From assembly GCF_964355755.1 (NCBI RefSeq), contig NC_092671.1, forward strand, positions 19,654,001 to 19,718,000: DNA of 64,000 bases. The letters run 5' to 3'. Positions 13,601-23,629 of this stretch are shown here, piece by piece; the stretch's first letter is position 1, and each line of letters opens with the position of its first letter. Below the pieces are notes generated by a model. That model worked only from the letters and a program-made list of their open reading frames with translations. It was not told the origin of the DNA and did not search any database. The position numbers and the translations under genes are program-made. Origin of the DNA: Antedon mediterranea. Taxonomy: Eukaryota; Animalia; Echinodermata.

Positions 13601-16600
13601 ATGCAGCGAATATCAAAGCAGTGATTCTGACAATGAATAAATCACAAAATAGAATTTTACCTGCGTCTTGCTTTTTTAAAGATGTTCCATAAAGACCTGC
13701 AATAACACATCGAAGAGATGCAATTGTTCGAGCAATATTTGTTGATCGAAAACTAAATAAAATAATAGTAAGTAATTATTTTTATATAATATACAGAATT
13801 GTAAACTGAATAATGAAAATGAATCAGTACAGAATATCTGTATATTCTGTACATGTACTGAATAAATTCACAAGATTCAAACATTTCAAATAATTAACAT
13901 TAGTACCATTCGCTTACATTGCCTGGATTTTACACATGCGTAAAATAACCGATGACATCATTTTTTTAGTCATTTATTACAGAATAGTAGGCCTAGATTG
14001 GTTCTATGTGTTGGTGTATGTTTGTTTTACGTGTGGTTTTTTGTCCCTTATCATGTGTGTAGGTACTAGTATATGTTTTAGAAAGAAACTACAGCAAGTA
14101 CTCTATAAACAGTCAATAAGTAATCAAGTGAAAAACTACAAAGCAAACAAAAACAATATTGAAATAATTAATTATTATTGGTAAAAAAATTTGCCAGAGC
14201 AACATGATATTATATATCCCTTAATATCCCAGAAAAGCAAAAATAATAATACAAAAACTTACTAAATGTCAGATGAATTAAAGTCCAGAGGTAGGTAGCC
14301 AATTTTATCTACATAATGCTTTCTATAGCTCATACCTAGATTACACATTTGATTCATACCACGAGCTGTCAACTGGCCTTTAAAAGATCCACCCTTCAAA
14401 AAATAATATTGTAGTTTAAAACGAAAATAAAAATTGAAGACATTGCAATATTTGAAATAAATTCACTCTATACTAGTTATTATACAGGTGTAGATTTAAC
14501 ATGATAAATTATTTAGTGAATTCATGCTAGCAAACAAGCATTTTGCTAGTAGATTCTTCATTGCTAGTTGAAAATCTCAAAACCAGCAAATGTTTGCTAG
14601 CTAGTTGAAAAATTTGAAAAAATGCGTACTTTTAGCTTAGCCACACTAGCCGCCGATCGTTATGTTGACAACGGCTATAGGAACCAATTGTTTCATATAC
14701 ATGCCACCGATATAAGTAAAGGCAATCATGTGCATTTAGTACGTCGGTGAGGATTACATCATCAGTCACGTGATTATAGAATATATATATATCAATTTAG
14801 GAATTTAACAAAAAAAATATTTTGCCTACACAGTGGTCGAAGGGTTTAATAGGTTCGTAGCTTGGACGGATTAGTTAGGGCAATTAGTTAGTGGCAATAA
14901 ATTTAATGTTTTAATTACGTCTGGATATAAACAATAAAACTCAGTTTTGTCATTGGCAATAACATTTTATACATACAGTCAATTTTGATCTGCTTAAAAA
15001 TTAAAATGTTAAAACTTTAATTTTTTGACCTAAAAAAAGTGAGCCGAAACATGTCTTAATCTTTTTTAAAACAAATTAATGTTTTTAAAATTTGGCTAAA
15101 AAGGCGTGATCAATGACTGTTGAGTAAAAAAGGTAGTACTACTAGGCCTACACCTAAATTTTTTTTTTTTTATGAAAATTTTATTTATTTCATATTTCAT
15201 GATACCAAAAACAAGAAACAGGACCGATCAGATTCTGCAATTAACAATTCATTGTTCTTAGTAATTTAAGCATATCTTACTTCTCATGGTAAATAAAGAT
15301 GTCCTCCTGAACAATTTAGTGATTACAATAATATACATACAAATTGCATTAATCTTCCTTTTTCATGTTTTTGGGGGGTCCAGTTTCAATTGTATGAACT
15401 TTTAAAATTCCAAACCCAATTATATAATTTTTGCATTAAATTTAAAAACTATTTTTTATTTTTATTTAATTTAGTTTTTTGTAGAATTTAATTTAACTAT
15501 TTTACACAAAAAATTGTGATTGCTAGTTATGCTGCTGACTTTACTAGGAACATTTTTTACAACTAGCAAAGTTTGTAGTCGAAAAAAAAATTATTGCATT
15601 TTTTTTGGCATTAAAAACTATTTTTCATTTTTATTTAATTCATTTTTTTGTAGAATTTAACTATTTTACACAAACAAAATTGTGATTGCTAGTTATGCTG
15701 CTGATTTTACTAGGTAAATTTTGCTGGTCGAAAAAAAAAAATTTCGAGCCCTGATTACACATCCTACTTTCCCCTTGGTTTTTATTGCATTTCATCTATC
15801 CAGAAAGAGATCATATGGATAGTGAACACTATGTATGAAACTCTTTTATTCCTATATTTATACTGGGCCTTCTTCCAGACCATATCCGACAACAGCTGTT
15901 GAAACTGTTATTATCCCGACTAGGGTTTAACTAGGATCAACCAACCACCTAAGCTCATTTGGGTAATGGTGAAATTTTTAATTGACAACCAGCCAGTAAG
16001 TATTTTAGCTGTATTTTTAACTCGATTTGTACTTTTTATGTCCTCTTTTAACTATTTTATATAACATCTTGTTCTCAGTTTTTTTGTGATTTTTTACTGT
16101 TTGTGCAACTATGTTTTTAGACAATTTTAATGTGTGTACTTTCAGCCAAAGTTTCAAGCCATTCATGAGTTTGACAATAAAGTTTATTGAATTGAATTAA
16201 ATTGAACCAAAAGCTGCAATGGGGATCTGTGTCTAAATATATTTTATTAACATTATCAAATAAATGTTTAATAAATTAAGTGGTAAGGTGAGTAACCCAG
16301 AAAAAGGGAACTTTTCTTAGGAAATCCCTTTCTCAACATGCTGGACCTCTCCCTGCAAGTCATTGAATATATTGCTTGGTAAAAACATTAAAGTTGATAA
16401 TCAGTCAAGATACTTACAGATAGCCGTACTTTTCTGTAAGTAGACTCTACATGGGCTTCAGGTCTTGGACCACCCTTTAAGTTGCATAGATCATAGTCAA
16501 TATAAGTATCTTGAGCACCTTCAAATAATGTCTTCTCATCCCAGTCAGCCTAAAATAAAAACATATTGTAATGCACATAGAAAATGCCAGCTAATGTCAA

Positions 16601-17974
16601 TACAACTGCTAATGTAAAACAATCCACCGCTAATGTAGTAAAACCACCAGCTAATGGAGAAACACCAACAGCTTAGGTAGTAAATAAAAATCAACACCAG
16701 AATGTAGAATAGTCAACAGCTAATGTAGTATCGAAAAATTGCCTCCCAGCTTATATAATTACTATCGCCAGCTAATGTAGAAAATGTTTATATGTTATAA
16801 ACCTATGTCTAAATCATGTACAAATGCATCTTTTTACTTATCTCGTAAATGACTGACTAAACGCAGCCATTGAACGACCACCATCTCTGTTTAGGGATCA
16901 CCTCTCTTATTGACCACACCTCTCTTAACACCTCTATTGAACAACCACCATCTCTGTTAAGGGACCTCTTCTCATAATCGACCACCTCTTAGCAACAACT
17001 TCTCTTAACAACCACACCTCTCGTAAGTAACCACCCTCTTTTAAGGGACAACAACCTCTCTCTCTCTATCTGACGAGAGGTGGTCTGTTTTTGAGAGGTG
17101 GTCACTAATACGAGATGTCCCCTTTGGTCGTTTACGAGAGGTGAATAGACTGATGTAAAGAGATGCATTTGCACATGATTTAGACAAAATAATATTGTCT
17201 ACAAAGGCAACTGGAACTCATCTAGGCCAATTTTTTTTTTCCAACAATTCCTAAATTCTAAAAACGATCTCAAGTTAATTTAAATGCCTTTTTGATCTAA
17301 ATTAGTGTATAACATCTCTCCAAAAATGTACTTCTAGAATCGCTAAATCAGTCATAACAATAACATTGGCGACGAAAGTACAAAATAGGTGGCGATGTTG
17401 TATTTCAAAAGCATTAGAATAAAAAAAAAATTTCCAAACGCAAAAAAAAATACTATTAAACGATCGTTTAATAGTGCGTACTATTGCACACCATGTGACC
17501 CACAATTGTCCAATCAAATGATAATAAATCAATTTATTTAGGTGTTATATAATAGGGGTTAAATAATGTAGGTTTGTTTGTTTGTTTTATTAAATTTTAC
17601 ACACACATCAAATAATACTGTACAGCTGTACATACTAATAAAAAAAATAAATAAACACAAACAATAAGCAAAACACCAAAATTACAATTATTTAAATTAT
17701 TTTTGTGAAAAAAATAAAACATTTAATTCTAACAAACCTGTTGTATATTTGGTATTGTCCTGACAGGTGTCCTAGCACCATGGCGGAAGAATATTTGGAC
17801 GGATTTAAGTTGCAGATTTGGATCTGAAACTTGATCTATCACATGGTCTGGAGAGCGCATGTATGTGGCCCGGGATTTAACAGTATCCACATCTGCATGA
17901 TGGCTGCTCATCGTCTTAGCAACAACCACACCACTGACAGCCCAGAGTACATGGATTGCTCTTCTATGAACCAT
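10492..17974 (-). CDS. ACP6: Lysophosphatidic acid phosphatase type 6 (histidine acid phosphatase), spliced gene, ~434 aa
   Basis: complement(join(10492..10614,10943..11111,11845..12041,12404..12627,13661..13752,14263..14393,16418..16549,17738..17974)). All introns are GT-AG with compatible phases; total 1305 nt. Shows the RHGARTP phosphohistidine motif, GQLT, RSTNIARTIAS, LYPN and SGHDTT (HD proton donor), as in the ACP6 family. Confidence 0.9.
10943..11111 (-). CDS. ACP6: ACP6 coding exon 7 (HD motif)
   Basis: ctttag|SPKLYMYSGHDTTLMPLLAAL...WPPWSADLILELY...IRVLYMGK|gtttgc, 169 nt. Confidence 0.9.
11845..12041 (-). CDS. ACP6: ACP6 coding exon 6
   Basis: ttgcag|AHGLSYPTYFEPLLDMIERHAV...VGPILNIIFENIVNAIEKK|gtatgt, 197 nt. 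Confidence 0.87.
12404..12627 (-). CDS. ACP6: ACP6 coding exon 5
   Basis: (D)HVKIYVSDSESEILYPNWHSC...IRDNLIARL|gtaagt, 224 nt; overlaps ORF 12392..12622. Confidence 0.87.
12686..13396 (+). mobile_element. Helentron-associated non-autonomous element (HINE/DINE-1-like), family A copy 1
   Basis: Subterminal IR TACCTCCGCC...GGCGGAGGTA, (TTTG/TATG)n microsatellite, 3' hairpin cactc-tcg-gagtg, CTAG end, T-rich flanks; near-identical copies at 49372 and 56146. Confidence 0.85.
13661..13752 (-). CDS. ACP6: ACP6 coding exon 4
   Basis: ttttatttag|(Y)FRSTNIARTIASLRCVIAGLYGTSLKKQDA|gtaaaa, 92 nt. Confidence 0.88.
14263..14393 (-). CDS. ACP6: ACP6 coding exon 3
   Basis: tttgaag|GGSFKGQLTARGMNQMCNLGMSYRKHYVDKIGYLPLDFNSSDI|gtaagt, 131 nt. 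Confidence 0.88.
14485..15753. mobile_element. Probable non-autonomous hAT-like DNA transposon in an ACP6 intron
   Basis: Right end tttcgagccctg (CAGGGCTCGAAA terminus), degenerate left end caggtgtaga, internal direct duplication ~15430-15600 / 15605-15745. Confidence 0.4.
16418..16549 (-). CDS. ACP6: ACP6 coding exon 2
   Basis: ttttattttag|ADWDEKTLFEGAQDTYIDYDLCNLKGGPRPEAHVESTYRKVRLS|gtaagt, 132 nt, phase 0/0. Confidence 0.85.
16860..17160. mobile_element. MITE with GACCACCTCT / AGAGGTGGTC subrepeats (Tc1/pogo-like)
   Basis: Arrays of accacctct followed by inverted gagaggtggtc; same motif family at 59420-59980. Confidence 0.55.
17205..17510 (+). repeat. Unclassified dispersed repeat, copy 1
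   Basis: Colinear with 39830-40137 (tctaggccaatt...aaacgatct...tctaaattagt...tctctccaaaaa...tgacccacaat). Confidence 0.6.
17738..17974 (-). CDS. ACP6: ACP6 coding exon 1 (start codon, RHGARTP)
   Basis: MVHRRAIHVLWAV...QIFFRHGARTPVRTIPNIQQ; acceptor ttttctttacag 6 nt upstream of the ATG (exon starts at 17980); donor CAG|gtttgt. Confidence 0.88.
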
Positions 17975-19522
17975 AAGTCACTGTAAAGAAAATATGCTTT
18001 TATTATCTTCAACAATGCACCAACAATTTATTACAATATAAATAGCGCCCTCAATACACATCACTATATTTAAAAATTGACAACGTGGTGGCTGTGTTAA
18101 GCAAGTAGTCTTTGATATTGGATATTAATTGAATGGTTGGTATTTAAAAATCTAATCAATAATAAAAAATGAAATAATAAAACAAAAATATATTTTACAT
18201 AGCATAAAGACATTTTATCCCTACGATCTAATTCACTACATTTGTATGTAAAATTAAATATATGGGCCTATGTATTGCGAACATTTTTCAATCTTTAAAC
18301 TGGTTATATGAGAAAAAAAATTGAATAAAGTAATTTAAGCAGTCCACTAAATACCAGCATGCATTGTGCATGGATTGATATTTTTGTTTGCTTTTGTTAA
18401 TTTATGCACCCACTTTTGGCGCGATACTGTGAAGGCAATGTAGAAACCGTAACTTTTCAGCGAAAATACTACCAGATCTTTCCTGATTTTAATTCAGGAA
18501 AATTAATTCAGCAATGAGACATTTTATGAGCTACGGGATGATGCGGCCCCTAGAAACGTCTCAATTTAAACCAAACAAACGATTGTTAATATACATTTTT
18601 CACGCTGCTGCTCTAACCCGCTACGTCCCATTAGGACTACTCAATCAGAAGCTAAAGCAAGCAGCAGTTATAGTTCTAAGGACAACAATTTTGCGAAAAT
18701 GGAAACTCCACTATAATTTATTGATTCAAGCTGCTACAGTAGACCAAAAAAACATCTGGGAAAAGAGTCTATTAGGACATGTCATGCTAAAATTACAAAT
18801 CCCAAAGCATTTCTGGTATATTCACTGTCAGATATTCACTGAATTATTATCGAAACAGTCCATTTACTTCACACTTGAAATATCTAAAGTGATTAAGTGA
18901 CCCCCAGACTTGACCTTAGCAATAGAATTAACTAAAGTGACAGAAATTGAGTATTCACTTCTGAAACAAAAAAATTATATTTATTCACATAAAAAAAGAG
19001 AAAAGAAACCCAAAAACCATTGTCTGACAGACAATTTAAGTATTTGTTGCTTTAAATTACATTTTTTTTCAGTTAAAATAACTATGAAGGTACTTCCGGT
19101 ACTGTAATAAATTCTAATATTACTATAATCAATAATGCAAATTAATTATTATCAATTAATAATTTAAAAATATGAAGCTGCTGCTATAAATATATTGAGC
19201 AAAATGTTAAATTTAACTATTTTGAATTAAATACTAAATAATTCAGCATTTAAAACCAAAATTTCCAATATTCATTTTATCCACTATCAACTGTACAATA
19301 GTGCTGTTTAAACCACACTCCAAAATAGAAGAAAGAAAATAATGATAGAAAATTTGCAGAAAGATACTCAAGTCCATAATTACTTTGGAAATTCAGCCTA
19401 ATATTACAAACATATAAAGATAAATAGGGAGATACTAACTACACGGAAATACCAAAACTATACGCAAAATTATGATTATGGCCTTAAAATATGGAAAACC
19501 CCCGGCAAAAAAAAAAAATGTA

Positions 19523-21030
19523 TTTCTTCATTTTAAAGTCGTAAAATTAAATAACAAAAGACATATAACTTGTCAATAAATGCAAAATGATTAATAAGCC
19601 TCACACTCATTGTCTTACATTTTACAATGCTGTTTGTTTTAAATAATCTATACAACGGCCTACTACACATATATACACTTATATATTATCCTAAAAAATG
19701 AGCTGGTATTCACTTGTAGGTTGAAGAAAGATCTGGTAACTAATTCTAAAATCATATTAAATTAACATTTTCAAAACTATAAATCAGGGATAATCTTTTT
19801 AGAACCTTCAAACAAGGAACTATTTTTTTAAATGATTTTCAAAAAAGCACATTACTCCAATAAAACCTGTAAAATACAAATTAAAACACAAATTATGTAT
19901 ATAATAGGATAAACATTATAAATTATATCATTATCAAACGCAACCGATATGATTAAAACAGCGTACTACTAGCGGCAGCGCTTCATACCGAAATAACACC
20001 GTAAGCGACTTTGCGATGAGGAGACTTTCGCCCGTATTCTTAAACCGGACTTTAGTCGTAGTTCGAGCTAAAACTAAAAAAATGACGTCATTTTAATTCA
20101 TAAACCGAACTTCAACTAAATCGCCGACTAATTCAGGCCAACCTCGACTAAATCGAGACGGATTCTGATCGATTTTTTTAGTCGTGGAGGGGGCAGGCTA
20201 AATGGTCGACTAAATGGTTTTTAAACGATGTTTATGAAAAACGTAACAGTCATTGAGTTGTTATATTGGCGAGATATTGAAGAATGAAATATCTATTTTT
20301 ATATTAGCTTAATTAAATATACATTGGTATATGTTATAATAATGAAAATCATCTTTATTTACAACTGTATACAAATTACATAATTTTCTTCGCGCAAGTC
20401 CGACTTCAACTACGTCACGCCATAGCGACAATGGCAGATGCGGAAATTCACCACGCGATGAATGTTTAGTGAGCCTAGCGCTTTCTTGTCACGCAATGAA
20501 GTGCGTGGTTCGTCGCGATCATACTTTGTTGGGGGCCTAGAAAATATAAAAGTTACCGTACCGCCATGGTTCCTAAATATATTTTGAAGATTTTGTTTGT
20601 TGTTAATCAAAAGTACTTCACTGTTAAATTAATACTGATCTTGTTCTAATAATTAACGATTAAAATTATTTTTCATGTATAGTCCTGATGCGTAAAAAGT
20701 GTTGTAAGAAAATGGAAAGTGATATCAATGCGCAAAATTTCGTCTGCTCCTCAAATACTCTCTTGTCATTGGCCAATGTATAGCCTTTGTTACCCAGACG
20801 TGTGCAACTCGACTAAAAGCTCGACTTCATTAAGTCGAACTGCAAACTTTGACTACTTCGTTTTTTAATCGAATTTGAAGTAATAGCTCGAACTACGACT
20901 TTTTCAAGTCGAACTTCGAACTACGACTAAAGTCCGGTTTAAGAATACGGGCGTTTGCGTTGGGGCGACTTTTCGATGGGGCGACTAAGTGATGGGGCGA
21001 CTTTCCGATGGGCCGACTTGACTGGATCCC
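19523..21030 (-). mobile_element. Truncated inverted copy of the foldback/Mutator-like element at 21184
   Basis: Reverse complement of 21184-21826; ends gacttgactggatccc; interrupted by the MITE at 20029-20953. Confidence 0.75.
20029..20953. mobile_element. PIF/Harbinger-like MITE (925 bp)
   Basis: Perfect 38-bp TIR cgcccgtattcttaaaccggactttagtcgtagttcga; 3-bp TSD ttt; splits a ggcgactttgcg unit of its host. Confidence 0.85.
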
Positions 21031-21183
21031 TTTTTGATTCGCGAACATTACCATTACAATCAATATTTATAAGAAGAATAACATGGTTCCTGTCCATTGT
21101 TGGACGGGTAGGCCTAGGACCTGCTTGTATATATTATATTTCTTATTTGTCATCATCATTGTCATCTGTCAGTCAGTCAGGGC

Positions 21184-23101
21184 GGGATTCAGTCAAGTCG
21201 CCCCATACAAAGTCGCCCCATCGCAAAGTCGCCCCGGCACAGTTGCCCCATCGCAAAGTCGTCCCAACGCAAAGTCGCCCCAACGCAAAGTCGCCCCATC
21301 GCAAAGTCGCCCACGGTTTTATTTCGGTATGATTATGAAGTGCCGCCGCTAGTAGTACGCTGTTTTAATCATATTGGTTGCGTTTGATATCAATTGCGTT
21401 GTTACTTTGGTCGCACTAAATGTCGTATAGGCCTACATTATAATGTTTATGCTATTATAATTATATACATAATTTGTGTTTTAATTTTTATTTTACAGGT
21501 TGTAATGGAGTGATGTGCTTTTTGAAAATCATTAAAAAAATAGTCCCTTGTTTGAAAGTTCTAAAAAGATTATCCCTAATTTATAGTTTCGAAAATGTTA
21601 ATTTAATATAATTTTAAAATTAGTTACCAGAAATTTCTTCAACCTACGCGTGGATACCAGCTCATTTTTTAGGATAATATAATAAATGTATAAATGTGTA
21701 GTAGGCCTTCGTATAGATTTACAGTAGTTAAAACAATAACAGTGTTATAGGCTACTTATTGATCATTTTGCATTTATTGACAAGTTATGTGTCTTAATTT
21801 TATAATGACTTTTCAAAATGAAGAAAAAAAAAAAAAAAAAAGATTTCATCGCCGATATGATTGTTTTACATGCAAGTATTTTAGTAAAATTTAAAGCGCT
21901 ACATTTTGACCATGGGAAAACCATCGTACAGTATCGTGTGCGTGTTTTTTAAAAAGGGGAATCCCCGACGGTCAGCAGAAAGACGTAGCAGCTGTGAGGA
22001 AACAGATACCAGAAGGCGCAGCTCCGATTGGTTTCAGAGAATGTTTCAGATGGCGAGTCGCCTTTTATTTAACAGCACAATGATCATTTTACTGAAGAAA
22101 TTTTTTTCAACCCTTTTGGTTATAGAACATTCTAATTATCATGCCTAATAAATATCCTCATATCGGGTGTTTATTTAATTTTAAATTAAACAAGACAGTG
22201 AAGAGGCACGGAATAATACGTACACGGACGTACGACGAATACACACACGCACATCATCATTTACGACATATAGTGGTGATATGATGCAATTGTATAATGG
22301 ATATAATGATGGGATTGCCTTTCCAGGCTTACAATCAATGTTCATTGTAATACTATGTATATAATACTAGTAAACTGAATGTTTATAAATAAATTGTTTT
22401 ACGTAATTTGTTGCATATAAAATAAAAGACACAGACGCAGCCTACGTTTCCTATAAAATATTTCACATTTAAATAATTATGTACTGTTAAATGACATTAT
22501 GCTGGATAATACTATAATCTTAAACTATGTTTACAAATTGTCATTTTTTTAAGGCACACATCTTTCTCATCATACTGACCTGTAAAATAAAAACAAAAAT
22601 CAATTATTAATATAGGCCTAATAATAATAATAATAAATATTCCTCGACCAAAGTAAAAATAATCTAGATCATATAACATCATTTTATCGCAACCAAAATT
22701 AAACGTGACCGATTTTGAACGCGACTGATATCATCGTAAAACTCCGGCGGGGTTTTCCCATCTTCTGATGGGAAAACGGTAGTGCGACAACGGCGGAGTA
22801 ATTACGGGGGTTTCCCTCTGGTAAGCTAGCACGTTATCATCATCTGATGATGGGGGTGCGTGCCGATCGTGTGACCTGAGACTACATGGCGGGGCTTCCC
22901 CTTTTATGCCTACACGTTCCGTGTTATTTTGTGTATCATTGCGACATTTTACGCACTTGTAAACTATTTTTTAACGTTTTGGGGCGACTTTGCGATAGGG
23001 CGACTTTGCGATGGGAGGGGCGACTTTGCGTTGGGGCGACTTTGCGATGGGGCGACTTTGTGATGGGGCGACTTTGCGATGGGGCGACTTGACTAGCATC
23101 C
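21184..23101. mobile_element. Non-autonomous foldback/Mutator-like DNA transposon with ~16-bp subterminal tandem repeats
   Basis: Termini gggattcagtcaagtcgcccc and ggggcgacttgactagcatcc; cgcaaagtcgccccat arrays in opposite orientation at the two ends; 8-bp TSD gtcagggc/gtcaggac (7/8). Confidence 0.8.
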
Positions 23102-23149
23102 GTCAGGACAGGGCAGGGCCTGCTCCGACGGATGACAAATAATACATTT

Positions 23150-23320
23150 TCTTAGCCTAGCTAGGGCCTAGGCTAGTTACGGTTCATCCTAGGCCTAGGA
23201 GGTCTAGGCTAGTTACTACTACTACTAGGTGGGCCTCCTAGGCTAGGCTTAGCCAGGCCTAGCTAGGTAGGCCTCCTAGGCTAGCCTAGCTAGGCCTAGG
23301 CCTAGGCCTAGTTAGGCCAA
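23150..23320. repeat. TAGGCCTA/CTAG palindrome-rich low-complexity tract
   Basis: Made almost entirely of ctag, aggcct and tagcta words. Confidence 0.8.
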
Positions 23321-23418
23321 GTTTAGAATAAGGGCGGAGATAGCAAAGTCAGATGTTCGTGATGTAATAAACTTCGGGTTGTGCTAAGATAAATAATTAT
23401 ATTTTGAAATAACGTTAC

Positions 23419-23560
23419 CTTTGTATTAAATTAAAAAAATGTTGATGAGACTAATGAGGGAAAACAACTTTCGCGTCCCTCCTCTCAGCTCTCTGGCATA
23501 TCATATGACCGTTTCGGCCACTGATGAAGAACGAGGTATATTCAGAGCGTCATTTCGACG
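23419..23560 (-). other. ACP6: Probable non-coding first exon / TSS region of ACP6
   Basis: Strong minus-strand donor CAAAG|gtaacg at 23419/23418 in a locally CpG-richer segment. The ATG exon has a splice acceptor, so an upstream exon is required. The upstream limit is a guess. Confidence 0.45.
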
Positions 23561-23629
23561 ATCGAGCATGCTCTACTTCTACGGAGCGCCATTTATGCCT
23601 TTTTTTACTTACGAAATAGAAATAGTACT

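Noticed and set aside
13826-13860. 11-bp stem palindrome gtacagaatat-ctgt-atattctgtac
   Set aside because: An isolated AT-rich hairpin, too short for a pre-miRNA and with no supporting context.
18514-18900. 128-aa plus-strand ORF
   Set aside because: No recognisable domain. It lies antisense in the ACP6 upstream intron, next to sequence shared with a repeat near 40450.
20955-23092. ORFs 20955..21332, 21083..21352 and 22886..23092 with repeated SPHRKV or WGDF
   Set aside because: They arise from ~16-bp subterminal tandem repeats of a DNA transposon.
23520-23560. Other CTGATGA motifs (also ~22844, ~30395, ~47566) as hammerheads
   Set aside because: None is followed by a stem II and GAAA at the required spacing.
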